From: Camelus ferus
Taxonomy: Eukaryota
Reading direction: 5' to 3'
Length of the DNA: 64,000 bases
NCBI RefSeq assembly: GCF_009834535.1
Contig: NC_045697.1
Span: 55,058,001 to 55,122,000 of the forward strand
The translations under genes and the position numbers were made by a program. Every line of letters starts with the position of its first letter. Within the stretch, counting starts at the first letter, position 1. This document shows positions 12,943 through 24,787 of the stretch, one piece after another. Below the pieces are notes generated by a model. The model saw nothing but the letters and a program-made list of their open reading frames with translations. It did no database searches and was not told where the DNA came from.

Positions 12943-13714
12943 CCAATGGACATATAAATTGACAGAGTTGAACTAATTCTAATTCTGCATTTCCTCTTTA
13001 CAATCACTGTGCTATCATTGTTTGTTTAAAACTAGTGTGTAAATATAGGAATAGGTCACATCACAAGGGTTGGAGACATAACATATGCCTGAATTGAGCT
13101 CAGTGATTTGAAATTACTAGGTAGTGAGTCTCTAAATAAATGCTCATGACTGAGTCCATGTGTGTTGGAGGCCGGCTATATAACTAGGAGCTTGAGAAAT
13201 TAACTTGATGTAGAAGAAATGTTTCTTAAAGAACAAAATGGCTTTTAAATCCTTAACTTGGCATTTAAATTATTAAATCTCAATGGTAATCACAACAATT
13301 GTTTAGAACATAAACTAAGAAAAGATTTTTGTGGAGGAGCATTTAGAATTGATGGTAGAGTGATACAAGAAGATAAATTTTAATAGGTTTTATAATTGTT
13401 TTAAAATTTTCTACTTGCAGTAGACCTGTTTCATGCTTACATTTGGTTGCTTACACTTGGTTCTCAAGGGTTTTTTATTATAATTAGATAATTTAAATAA
13501 GAATATAGGACAGTGCCAGATGCCTCTAATAAATGTCAGCTGTCACTATTACACTGTGATAATTAAAATAATATTATTTAAAAGAACATTCTTGTAGAAA
13601 ACATTTTCTGCATCTGTAATTTTTCTTTTTGATAAATTTCTAAAAATGAATTTTGGTGCATGAAATTTCCCTGGGAAAGTAGCAACACTCCCCCCCAAAA
13701 ATAGATGCTCACCA

Positions 13715-13925
13715 ATAGTGGAAATTATCTTTGAATAATGTTTGCTAACATTGCAGGTGAAAACTGGCATTTCATTTGATTTATCTTTTTTTCTTTTTGA
13801 TCACTGATGAGATTTTAAACTATATATTTATTGTCCTGTCTTATTACTTATTTTGAAAATTTATTTTTCATGTCTTTGCCACCTCTTCAATTTGGATACT
13901 ATTCTTTTATCATGTATTTTGTGGA
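13715..13925 (-). mobile_element. Old L1 (L1ME-like) fragment
   Basis: tttgctaacattgcaggtgaaaactggcatttcatt...tttgatcactgatgag resembles antisense old L1. Confidence 0.45.
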
Positions 13926-15314
13926 GTGATTAGTTTGTAGTGATCTTTGTTAGGAATAGTAACAACTGGCTTGTTTTTTGGGCCAATCATGGAATTTTTA
14001 AAGAAGACTTTGCTCTTTGAGTCTGAATTGAAGTGGTTATAAAATGTGGTTCAATTACAATCTACAGTAAAAATGTATTTGTAATAATTATACATATATA
14101 TGAGACTTGCTTAGAAAATGGCTGCAGATAACAAGTTAGCTAAAATTTGTCCCCAAAGAGTTACTGTAATAGCATTTATCATAGTAGTGTTATAATAAAG
14201 AGCTTCATAGGTGACGGTAAAGACTTCAGTTTTGTGTTGGATAAGATGAACGAACATAAAGAAGGAACTTGATCTAGTTGACATTTAGCAGATAAGCTCT
14301 AGAGTAATAATGGTTAAGTGAGTGGAAAAACTTCAATAATGCATCAGATAGAGAATAGGCCAATAAATGCCCCTGACATCTGGGCAATTTGTAGTATTTT
14401 GTCATATCTTACTTTCCGCCTTCAGTTGTAGTTACTTGTTTTTTTATGTCTGTCTCTTCCTTATCTCTGAGTTATTACTATTTGTTCCACATTTCTGAAT
14501 TGGAATTTCCCCAAGAGCTATCATACAATAATTGATCAATAATGTAGAAAAATTGAACAAGGAATCTAATCCCAGGTCCACTGCTCTTCCAAATGAACCT
14601 GTTGCTTTCTATGATGTCAAAGGTGTTGGGTGTTCTTTTGCTGATCTAGGGTTCAGAGGTGCTGGGAGCAGCAAAGAAAAGTCACAGCAACATCAGTTTG
14701 GCCACGGATGCTGCCTAATGGTGTGTTAAAACTCAGCAATGAAGAATAACTTGCTGACATGATGCCTCCTGAAGGGACACACAAATGCTGACTCCTCTGT
14801 TTTTTTAATTGGTCAGTTGTGTCCTATAAAGTTTGGCATGAGAAATACTTTGCCCTTTCAGGTTGCTCTGGACATAAAATTCCTAAACAAGCAAAATTCA
14901 GATTGCTCATGTGTGACTGAATGCATCTCTTCCCTTTAGGGGAATGATACACTTTCCTTTTTGGAGCTATGTTTAATGTTCTGTTTGGTAAACATGTACC
15001 AAGGTGATTATTTGGTCAATGAGACTGATGAGATTACTGCTTTGCATATAAGAAAGTGAATGGCTGGATAATCTGAGATGCAGGGAACATGAAGAGGGGA
15101 GAAATGATGACCCACGAGATCTAAAAGAAATATTTTCACTGAGAAAATGAAAATAACTAGGGGCCAGTGTTAAAAATAAATAAATGAATAAAGGCAGCCA
15201 GCCTGGAGACAGGAGAAAACCTCAGATTTTAAGAAGGCTGAGGAAGTCATTTTGCTTTAAGTGGTTGAAATGCTGTGAAACTCAGTATAAATGTATTATA
15301 GTGACTGCAGTTTA

Positions 15315-16640
15315 TATGTATTCATGCAACAGATACTAAGAGTCTAAAGTGTCAAAGCATCCTGTAGATTATAAAATGGACTCCTAATGAAATCAGATAT
15401 GTTTTTTCTAATATCAGGGTTAAAAATAATCTAATAGGCAAGGAAAATAAAAGGAACCATTTACTGATTGATTAGCATATGGAACTTTAAGGGTTTAATG
15501 CTACTGTATTCATTTTTAAAGATAAAAACAGAGACTTAGATAAACCTGTTATGTAGTCAAGCTGCTGCTAGGAAGTAGAAGAGGAGAAAGTTTAACCCGG
15601 CATGAATTTTTAGCTAATGGTCTTAACTATTTTTCATTATTCTGTATCTTCTGTACCAGGATTGAAATGTAATTCTTACCTCTGTTTCATGGTAGAAAAG
15701 CAGAGATAATTAACTAGAATACATGAAAATATGAAAATTACTGTGACATAAGGAAGAATATAGTCAGTTCACCCATAAGAAGAGCTAGAAGGAGAGAGGG
15801 TTCCCTTTGGCCATGGCTTCATTACCAACATGGGACTTGAATCACTTTGGAGGACGAGTACAGTTACACTAGATGAAGTTTGGGATACTGGCATTTCAGG
15901 CAGAAAGACAAACAGTAAAAGCAGAGATATAGAATATGGGGCTTATCACTGAATATCAACTAGTCTAGTTTTACTAGAAAAATGAGGTTTTAAAGAGAGA
16001 AGCAGTGAGAGGTGGCATTAGACAGGTAGACATATGTAGAGTATGCAGAACTTAAAATTTCTGGGGAGAGAGGCAAAGAGTTATTCCATGGGCATTTGAA
16101 AATTTCTGACAATTGGACTGTCATGCCCAGAAGGCTGCTTAAGAAGATTAATTTGGTAATAAAATGCAATGTAGATGAGAATTGGGAGATACCAGAGGCA
16201 GAGTTACCAAATAGACATTCTTACAAGGACACCAATTTGAGATACTTAAAATAATATTAAAAGCCCTATGGGAAAGAGAAAGTAATTAGAATTGAAAGCC
16301 TACTATGGACCAGCGCTCTACTAGGTATCCTGGATGACTGAATACATTATATCATTTACATGTCATTATCCCTGTATTTTGTAGTGCTCTTAGAAATGGA
16401 GACAGTTATATGAGAGAAATGCTTCCTAGAGAGAGTCAACACAATTGACTATGATAGGTTATAGAAACTTACCAGAGATAATTCTGAAGCTTCAACTTTA
16501 AAGTTCTAAATGGGGATAGGTCAGGGTGATTTCAGTTGCAGATGATGAAACTACTCTTGGAAATTTTGAATCTGAGAGGTTAACTTCTGTCTAAAGCACA
16601 GCGGCTGATTGTGATACGTGTCTAGTCAGAGAAGTTCGGT
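15315..16640 (-). mobile_element. L2 fragments, degenerate
   Basis: attcatgcaacagatactaagag, ggcatttcaggcagaaagacaaacag, ttaagaagattaatttgg; purine-rich antisense L2 signature. Confidence 0.5.
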
Positions 16641-16777
16641 ATAGGAAGAACATTCAATCAATGGTAAAACAATAGTGATGAAAATAATAGCACAGGCACA
16701 GTGCTAAATGCTTTATCTCATATTTCCCACTACAATCCTATGAAATATATAATATCATTTAAACATTTTTCACAATA

Positions 16778-17221
16778 TATTAGTCAAGTTAGAGAATAAT
16801 AATTAGTTAGGTATTTTAGCAGGAATGGATTTGATAGAATACACACTTAAAAAACTTTGGTAGGATAGGAGTAAATTCCAGAGAAGACCACTACTGGATA
16901 TGAGGAAATTAGGAATTGTTAAAATGATAGAAAAATGCTGATCATCTCTATTGTCTGCAGTACCAAAGCATATGATTTTTCTGGACTTCTCCCAAAGCTA
17001 CTAAAATCTTCATAAATACCTTCTGCTCTTGCATATACCTGTTACCATTAGAACAGAATAATGGTTTCTCCTTCTCTTGTACCTTCTAATTTTTGTACAA
17101 GTTTTGTCATTGATTGGAATGTGAACCTGACCTCTATCGGCAAATAGATCTGGGAAATGTATTTTCTAGGCTTCCAGTCACTGAGGAAAGAATTTAGAGT
17201 TCAGTCTTGATGGAAACCATC

Positions 17222-17224
<3 letters not shown>
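16778..17224 (-). mobile_element. Ancient ERVL/MaLR-class LTR; family and orientation uncertain
   Basis: tattagtcaagttag start, cattgattgg...ggcaaatagatctgggaaatgtattttctagg motif typical of old class III LTRs; interrupts a MIR. Confidence 0.5.

Positions 17225-17261
<37 letters not shown>
17223..17261. repeat. (AC)19 microsatellite
   Basis: Perfect AC run. Confidence 0.98.
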
Positions 17262-17264
<3 letters not shown>

Positions 17265-18494
17265 CCTAAATTTAGCAAGTTAAATGATTTGCCTAGTTGG
17301 AAAGTCATGGAAGCAAGATTTAAGACCAAGTTTATTCAGTGTCAAAATTCATGGTCTTAACTAGGAGATGATACAGCCAGTGAACCAGGGGCAGAACAAC
17401 AGAGGAGAGATGGCCAGGTTGGTAAATCAATACTTTGTCTGTGACTTGAGCTAACCAATGAGTCCTCAGTAATGGGACTTTCTAACCACCCACAACAGTC
17501 CCCCTATGATAGAATCTGTTTTAAGTATCTTCCAGAGCTAGAAAGTTCAAAAGTACCCATTTAACTTAGAAAACAGTCTATCCACATTTTTACTTCCTTC
17601 CTGTGATTTGACTTTGATGGGCTCTAAAATATCACAAAGTGAATGCGGAAAGAAGTTAGTGGGGCAAGAGCTGAAACTCATTATGTCTCTTACCCTACCG
17701 CAGGCGACATCTACAGGACCAAGTGGATGGACTGAATAGAAAACTTACCCTCTGAATAAAAACTGAATCATAGATTTACACCTGATATTAGAATTAATCA
17801 ATTAGAGTTGCCTAGAAATTTCCATTATCTAAGAGTAGAAATAAAGCTCATGACATTGACCCCAGTTTCCATATTAGCCCAGGGGAAGATTCCCCCACTG
17901 AATAAAATTTAAAGAAGGAAGAGGAGGTAAAAATGCAGTTGCATTTGATCACATTGTATATGTTGTATGGTCAAAACACTAGTTCTATCAATGTTTAGAA
18001 CACTTAGACCAGAACAGAATGTAGGCACTGATTGAAAACTAAGGAAAACAAGAAGAGGAAAAATATAACTGCATTCTACAGAGGTATATTTTAAGTGTAT
18101 TAAGTATATCTCTCTATAAATCTTAATGTAATCTTAAATATATTAAGATTAATCCATTTTAGTTATTTTGATGCAATCAACAAGGATATCTGGGGCTCTG
18201 AGAGACAGGGACAAAATATATAATGTAACCCAAGATCTATGTCACTCCTGTATAATATGACACAGAATTTTTCCTATTTATTTGTAATTCTTTAAAAATA
18301 ATAATATGCATTACAAAATATAAAATAGAATTTTTTTAAGAAAAACATTTATCCTCATGAATGTTTCACTTGTTTTGGTTTTCAAATTACTAAGAATGCT
18401 ATTAAGCAAGTATCATTTTTGCTATATCTTGCCTTTTCTTGCTTAGACAAAATCCTGTTTTCTTCCTCTTATGTTTCCTCTTATGTTTTCACAG

Positions 18495-18528
18495 TCTATC
18501 ACTGATAAAATTCTATCACTGATAAAAT
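18495..18528. repeat. 17-bp tandem duplication
   Basis: tctatcactgataaaat twice; a separate short ttcctcttatgt duplication lies just upstream. Confidence 0.9.
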
Positions 18529-18779
18529 TCCATTGACATGTTTTATATTTGAGAAACTTTAAAGTAGTGATCACTGTACATCTTTGCTGTAAAACATGCA
18601 AATAAATGCATTCTGATTTATTTTTTTCCTCCTAACAGGTTCTGACTAGTTTTAAATGAGAAATTATTGAAAATGAAAATAGGAAATCAGAGGTGGAAAA
18701 CCAGAGTATTTTCTTTCTAAAAGTTACATAGTCCTAGCAGAAACCAATCTGGGGATTACAATTTAGATTTAAGGTGGCC

Positions 18780-18800
18780 ATATACATATAGACACACACA

Positions 18801-18839
<39 letters not shown>

Positions 18840-18988
18840 GCTATATAGAGAGCAACTATATGTATATAGATAACATATATATGCATATGACATATATAAT
18901 ATGACGTTATCTGTATGACATTATATATAACATATGACATTATATGTAATATATAATATAATATATATGTTAAGTGGCCACACACACA
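18780..18988. repeat. (CA)n and TA-rich low-complexity region
   Basis: Interrupted CA run at about 18792-18832, then degenerate TA repeats. Confidence 0.9.
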
Positions 18989-21734
18989 ATTCATCCATCA
19001 TTTTTTTCTTATTAACCCACTCTCTAAATGTAAGGATTTAGATGACATTAACTCTAAGCTCCTTTTTAAAGTTACAAAATGCTAAAAATAACTACTTTAA
19101 AAAAATCAATTCTCTATGCTGATAATTTTCAATATACATATACTTTGACTGTCTTAGAATAAATGCATATATATTCAAAGTAGCCTTTCAATAACTACTG
19201 TAATTATTACTAGTGCATGTTGGCACATTTACAAGTATTTCAACAATTCCACACTGGTTGCTAAAACTCTACTCTCTGAGAATCCTTCACTGTCCCAGAT
19301 GCCATCACCCCACCCCCACACCCAGCTGACCATCAACAAAATCCAAGAAGTAAAGGATTCACCGGCACAGCAGGCCCTGTAGAACCCTTTTCTGATGTGT
19401 TCTGATTGGCTGAAGCCTTGGCTATGCCACTTACTAACTGTAAAGTCACCCCTGATGATTACAATTAAAAATAAAAAAGGATACTTGGAACAAAATTATG
19501 TGTGTATACATTAAACAAAACATTTTATGGTACATTCTAAAAGTCTGTAAAGGTGATTAGCTGCTTTGAAATTTATTCCATTTTTAAATGCTGCAATTCT
19601 CCCTGATGCTGTCTAATTGTTGTGTTGGAATGATCACAAACATCCTTTGTAGGCCAAATAGCATATTACACATCTGTCAAAACTACACTTTATTAATATA
19701 TATCTGTGTTTACAAAGCATCTCTGAACCCTTTTGGATTGTTCTGGCTGCTTGCTTTATGCTTATTTTTTTCCCCTTAATATGTTTATATTTTTCTAGTC
19801 ATTTGTAGAAATGAGAATGTACCAGAATGAACAGTCTCACCCCTCTGGGACCCAGTTTGAATTTCAAGGTTAATATTGTATTTTGTTCTTCATTTCAATA
19901 TAATAGCAAAGTTAAGTTTGAAGCAAGACACTAATAATAAATATTTCTGATGAAAATACTGTATTTGTGAAATCAATAATAAACTATAGGACATTAAAGA
20001 GTTGGATTGCCCCACCATTATAGAAGTCCATGTTCTCTATGGTGAATTGCATTTATTTGTTAGAATAATTGATCCAAATTTTAAGTTCTCCTCTAATGAT
20101 ATTTAGACAATTTGCCTTGAAATTGCTATTGGGTACACTAGTTACTCACTGAGCAATCACCGAACACATATATTCTTTTAGGTGATTGTACTGACTTCTA
20201 AATAAGTAATAAAATAATGCTCCCAGGATATTAGGGCTTCATGAGGCCTCTTTAGACGCCTAGCTATCACAGTAACTTAAGAAACAAGTGTGAAAAACGG
20301 AAAGGACCTTCATGGGTTTTTGTTACCAAAAAGAAATTCCAGTTGTGAACTACCCACACCCCATTGCTGTTTTCTCAGTCACCAGCTGGCATTATTATCC
20401 CTTTCCTTTTCCAACAGAGGTGGGGCATTTACTTAGATTTGCCTGATCCAAAAGGAGAGGAATTTCACTCACACAAAATGGCAGTGTTAGTGGGAACATG
20501 AGAGAATAAGTATGTATTTTTTTCATAGATTCTTATCTCAAACTGCTTATATTGTTTAAAGGTTTGCTTGTTTGTTTGTATTAATTTTTAGTGAAGTCCC
20601 AGCTTTGCGGCAAGGTTAAGGTGAAAAGATAAAGTGGGATTAAGGAAGAATTAGAAACATAGGCAAATCATTAGCCATGACTATTTGCATATCCTAGAAG
20701 GGGCATTAAATAATAAAAATGATAATCATGATAAGGCAGAAGGATTCTTTAAATTTAGAAAGCAGGGAGAAATGTTATATTTTCATAAAACTATATTCAG
20801 GGATATTTCAAAAGGAAATATAAGAGAAAATTTCTTTTTATAAATTATGTAAAATAATTTTTTATGATCATGAAAATCAGTGGATAAGGAGGGATGGTCA
20901 ATAATTGAGAATTAATTATGAAAAACAGAGCAATTCTGCAGGCTTTAGAACAATGATCTAATGACTGGAAAGAGGTAGACAAATTAAAATATGGAACTTA
21001 CTCCAACAGAAAAATTTACAACCCTGAGAATCATCAGTTTTATATTGTCAAAAACATCTAGAAGAATAACAGTTAAATTCCACACAGATTAATTGCTTCT
21101 TCTTGTTTCTAGTCACTTAAAAAATTAACTATAGTGTGCAGTAAAGAATTAGACTAAGAGAAAAATAGGAAAAGGATTAATTCAGGACAAGCTGATTAGA
21201 TAAATTCATGAAAAAAATTAAAACGTACTTCAAAGCTCTTAGAGACCAAATGCAGCAGTGAAGGTTAAGGGAACTCAATATAATCAGAGAACAATTGGAG
21301 ATGGCAAGACATTATGTTTTTCCCATACAGTAATTACCAAAACCATCTGAAAGTTAAATATGAATGCAGAGTTTAAACCATTGGTTCACTGCTAAGGTTT
21401 TCGTCTGAGAGAATTTGTTGATTAAACTGAAATCAATTTTAGTAGAAGTGAATGAAACATCTAGTTGCATTTATACTGTTTTGCCCTAATAAGTATCACT
21501 AGCTTATCACCATCAAGAACTGCAGGTCTATTGCCTGATTTATTTAGATAAGGAAAATTTTCCATATTATGGTTTTGTGTTGCTTCTCCACTGTTTTGGT
21601 CAAAGAAAATGGAATATTATACTATGATAATATCTTTAACTCTTATACTTCTAAAATAATTATGCCTTGAGATTTTAAGAAGAATAGAAATAATTATCTT
21701 CTAGAAAGAACACTGATAACCAACAGATACAAGT

Positions 21735-21918
21735 ACATATAACCTGCTGGCCTGTCACTCTTCTCTCCATATATAAACTCACTTGTTCTTCACACCAAAC
21801 CTGAGAGTTAGGTACTACTATTATTGCCTCCATGTTACAGATGAGAAAACTGAGGCACAGAGTAGTAGCTTGCCCTGGTCACACAGTTAGTCAGTCTCAA
21901 AGTCCAGGTTGTCTCGTC
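21735..21918 (-). mobile_element. MIR SINE; its continuation resumes at about 23397-23435
   Basis: ccatgttacagatgagaaaactgaggcacagag...cttgccctggtcacacagttagt is the antisense MIR core. Confidence 0.85.
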
Positions 21919-21969
21919 TGGAAGCAGGTTCTAAGGTATCTCCTAATGATCACCATTTCCTGGTATACA

Positions 21970-22607
21970 GGTATAGAGTTTTCTATTGATACCTTAACAA
22001 ATTATCACAAGTTTAGCAGCCTAAAACTACACACATTTATTGTATTATAATTTCTTTGGATTATAAGTCTGGACACTGCAAGTCTCACAGGTTGAAGCCA
22101 TGATGTCATCAGGGCTGTGTTCCTTCTGGAGGCTCCAGGAGAAAATATGTTTCTAGGCTCTTCAAGGTTTGTAGCCAAAGTCAGTTCCCATGGCTATAGG
22201 ACTGAGGTACTATTTCTTTGTTGTCTGTAAAGCAGGGGTCATTTTGAGCTTCTAGAGCTGTCCACCTTCCCTGGCATGTGGCTTCCTTTCTCAGTCTTCA
22301 AAGCCAGTGATAAGGTAGAATCCTGAGTCTTTCTGACCTTCTCTTCTGCCTCCTCTCTTCTCTGCTTTCCTTTCTCCTCATGTCTCTGATACCAGTCAGA
22401 GAAAATTCTTGGCTTTTAGGTGCTCATGTGATTAGATTGGACCCCCCTGGGTAATCCATGTGGATAATCTCCTTACTGATTACGCTGGTTGATTAATAAC
22501 TTTAATTTAATCATCAAAGCCCCCTCACACCAGTGCCTAGATTAGTGTTTGAATGACTAAAGGATGAGAATTTTGTGGGGAGGATTTTATGAATTCTGTC
22601 TATTACA
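21970..22607 (-). mobile_element. MaLR LTR (MLT1E-like) nested in the MLT1F/G-like LTR
   Basis: ttttctattga...aacaaattatcacaagtttagcagc, cagggctgtgttccttctggaggctccaggagaaaa, ctcatgtgattagattgg, end ttctgtctattaca. Confidence 0.85.
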
Positions 22608-22812
22608 CATCCCCTTGTATAATCTCCTCTCTTCAAAGATGAGCTGGCCTAGCCACTCACATATAACCAATACAGCAAATGTAATAAGATGCTACTTCCA
22701 TGATGATATATGATTGTGATTTCTGTCTTGCCAGCAGAATTTTTAGCTGGCTTTGATGAAGCCAGCTGCCATGTTTGAGAGGACACAGTGACAGGGAACT
22801 AAGTTAGGGTGA

Positions 22813-23107
22813 TGTTGGCAGCCTTAAGTGAGTAGGCTGTGGGGCCCAGGCCAAAGTTCACAATCACTTGAAGTAAATGTACATATGTGCCACTAGCATG
22901 AGTCAGCATTATGATCAATATGCATGCGCCGCTAGCATTATAAAAGGACAAGTGCGTACACCTGAGGCACATGCCATCTGCTTGTACTGCAATAAAGTGC
23001 TGTTTTGCTCCATGTCAGCTCCTCGTGCATTGTATCAGCTCCTCGCGCTTTCTTCCAGTTGGGCAGCTTACCTCCTCGAATCCCTCTTTAGCCTCCCTAG
23101 GCTGACA
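22813..23107 (+). mobile_element. Solo endogenous-retrovirus LTR, 295 bp, family not recognised
   Basis: TG...CA termini with short inverted repeats (tgttggcagcc / ggctgaca); 5-bp flanks GGTGA (22808-12) and GGTGG (23108-12); TATAAAA at 22939; AATAAA at 22991; retained CpGs; cleanly interrupts the host LTR. Confidence 0.8.
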
Positions 23108-23504
23108 GGTGGCTTCTGGTCTTTAACCAGCAAAGAATTGATATCCTTAGTCCAACTGTCCTGCATGGAACTAAATCTGCCAACAATCACATAAATTTGG
23201 AAATGGGTCCTTCCCCAGTCAAAGCTTTGGCCCCCACGTTGGCCAACACATTAATTGCAGCCGTTTGAAAGTATCTGAAGCAGAGGACACAGTTAAGTCA
23301 GTATGAACTCCTGACCTCCAGTAAGTGTGTAATAAATGTGTATTTTTAAGCCACTAATTGTGGTAATTTGTTATGCAGCAATAGATAACTAATACATCTG
23401 GCTTCAGAGGTTATTGTTTGCCACTAAGCTGTACTTCAGCTTGAGATGCAAGTTCAGTCCAGAGACAAAGGGTAGGTGGCTTTCTTTCTCTGCTTTCTAC
23501 TCCT

Positions 23505-24610
23505 ATACTCATTCATCAGTGCCTTTGGCAAATATGAAGGGCTATTATAGATAGTGCCCTGTGTATTTTGTGATACAAAAAAAATCAATAAATTTGCCTC
23601 CAGCATAGTGGTAAGGATAGGAAAAAAAGAATAAAAATGTTCTACAGTAGAGACTTTGTACAAAAGGACTATGGGAAGAATAAAGGAGTAAGGCTTAACT
23701 CTATTCTCCTCAAAGAAAGCTTTATGAGAGAGGTGATATTTTAATTGGGCATTAAAGGATACTTGGACATTCTATAGACTGTTCCAGTTAACTCCAGGAA
23801 TGGGGTAGCTATAGTAGACTAGCTTGAGATAGACAAGAGCCTAATCATAAAGGGGCTTTTTGGACTTCCATCTTTAACAATCACTGACGGATTTTAACCA
23901 GGGAAAGAGCTAGAGGAGATCTGAGTTTTAGAATGATGTCTCTGAGAAAAACACAGGGAATAAAGGGCCAGGGTGGTTATGAGAATGGAGAGACTCACAG
24001 TGGAGAGAGCAGCTGACTGTGATTACAGCCCTAAGTAAGATCAATCAGAGGGCCTCCTGGAATGATATTTAAGAAGAGAGAAAATCAAGAGAGAAAACTT
24101 GACTTTAAAGGTAAGTAAGAATAAAATAATTTAGTACCTAATTGGATGTTGGGGTGAGAGGCAGAAGTCGAGAATTCTATCTTCTGGCTTCAGAAGCTGG
24201 GTATAGGGCAATTAGCTGAGAAAACAGGAGGAGTAACAGTTTTTTCAGGTTGAGGTTGTAGCTTAGTGAAGGATAATAACAGTTTAGGAACAGTTAAGAG
24301 GTCTATGGGCCAGTGGACAGTTAGTATTCATTTGGAACCATGCTATAAGTCAGGAGCTTAGAAAATTGATAAATCAGAATTGTAGTTATTCATTTGGAAA
24401 CTATCAATATTGAAGTGATGAGTGTGTGTGAAACCTCTCAGAGATGCATTCAGAGAAAAAGAAAAGAAGATGGATGAAGATGTGATTCAGTACAATAACA
24501 ATATATGAGAATTGACACAAAAATAACGAGATAAGACAAAGACTCTGTATTGAGACAGGTGGAGAGAACGTCAGAAAAGAGTGATCAGACAGAGATTAAA
24601 GATGAGACGT
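23505..24610 (-). mobile_element. L2 LINE fragment
   Basis: ggattttaaccagggaaagag...agatctgagttttagaatgat, aattggatgttggggtgag, agtcaggagcttagaaa; antisense L2 signature. Confidence 0.65.
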
Positions 24611-24787
24611 TTTTAAAAAATTATGTAGTTTCCCATCAATTTATCACATTTTTCTGCAGTTCTTTATGCTAATTTCAAATGGTGTTAGAGCTGACTTGTC
24701 AGAGTTATTGTAAAGTGTTGGCATTAATAATTCAAAATTAATTATATATATGTTTTTCATACTTGAAATACTCCTCAGTTCACTTAA

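Larger units (their letters stand above)
16685..17362 (-). mobile_element. MIR split by an LTR-like insertion and an (AC)n tract
   Basis: Left half caggcacagtgctaaatgcttta...acaatcctatg (about 16685-16775); right half aagttaaatgatttgcctag...gatttaagaccaag...gtcttaacta (17262-17362). Confidence 0.6.
21919..23396 (+). mobile_element. MaLR LTR (MLT1F/G-like) interrupted twice
   Basis: Start ttctaagg...aatgatcaccatttcctggtat; resumes at 22608 (cccttgtataatctcctc...ctggctttgatgaagccagctgccatgtt) and 23108; ends tggtaatttgttatgcagcaatagataactaataca. Confidence 0.85.

Noticed and set aside
14861..14940. Good acceptor ctttgccctttcag|GTTG
   Set aside because: All frames close within about 80 nt and there is no convincing donor
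18495..18528. TCTATCACTGATA, twice, matches the 13-bp core of the tet operator
   Set aside because: Flanking bases do not match tetO, there is no vector context, and a local 17-bp slippage duplication explains the doubling
22877..23194. 105-aa ORF
   Set aside because: Spans a solo LTR and its host MLT1 LTR; no recognisable protein motif
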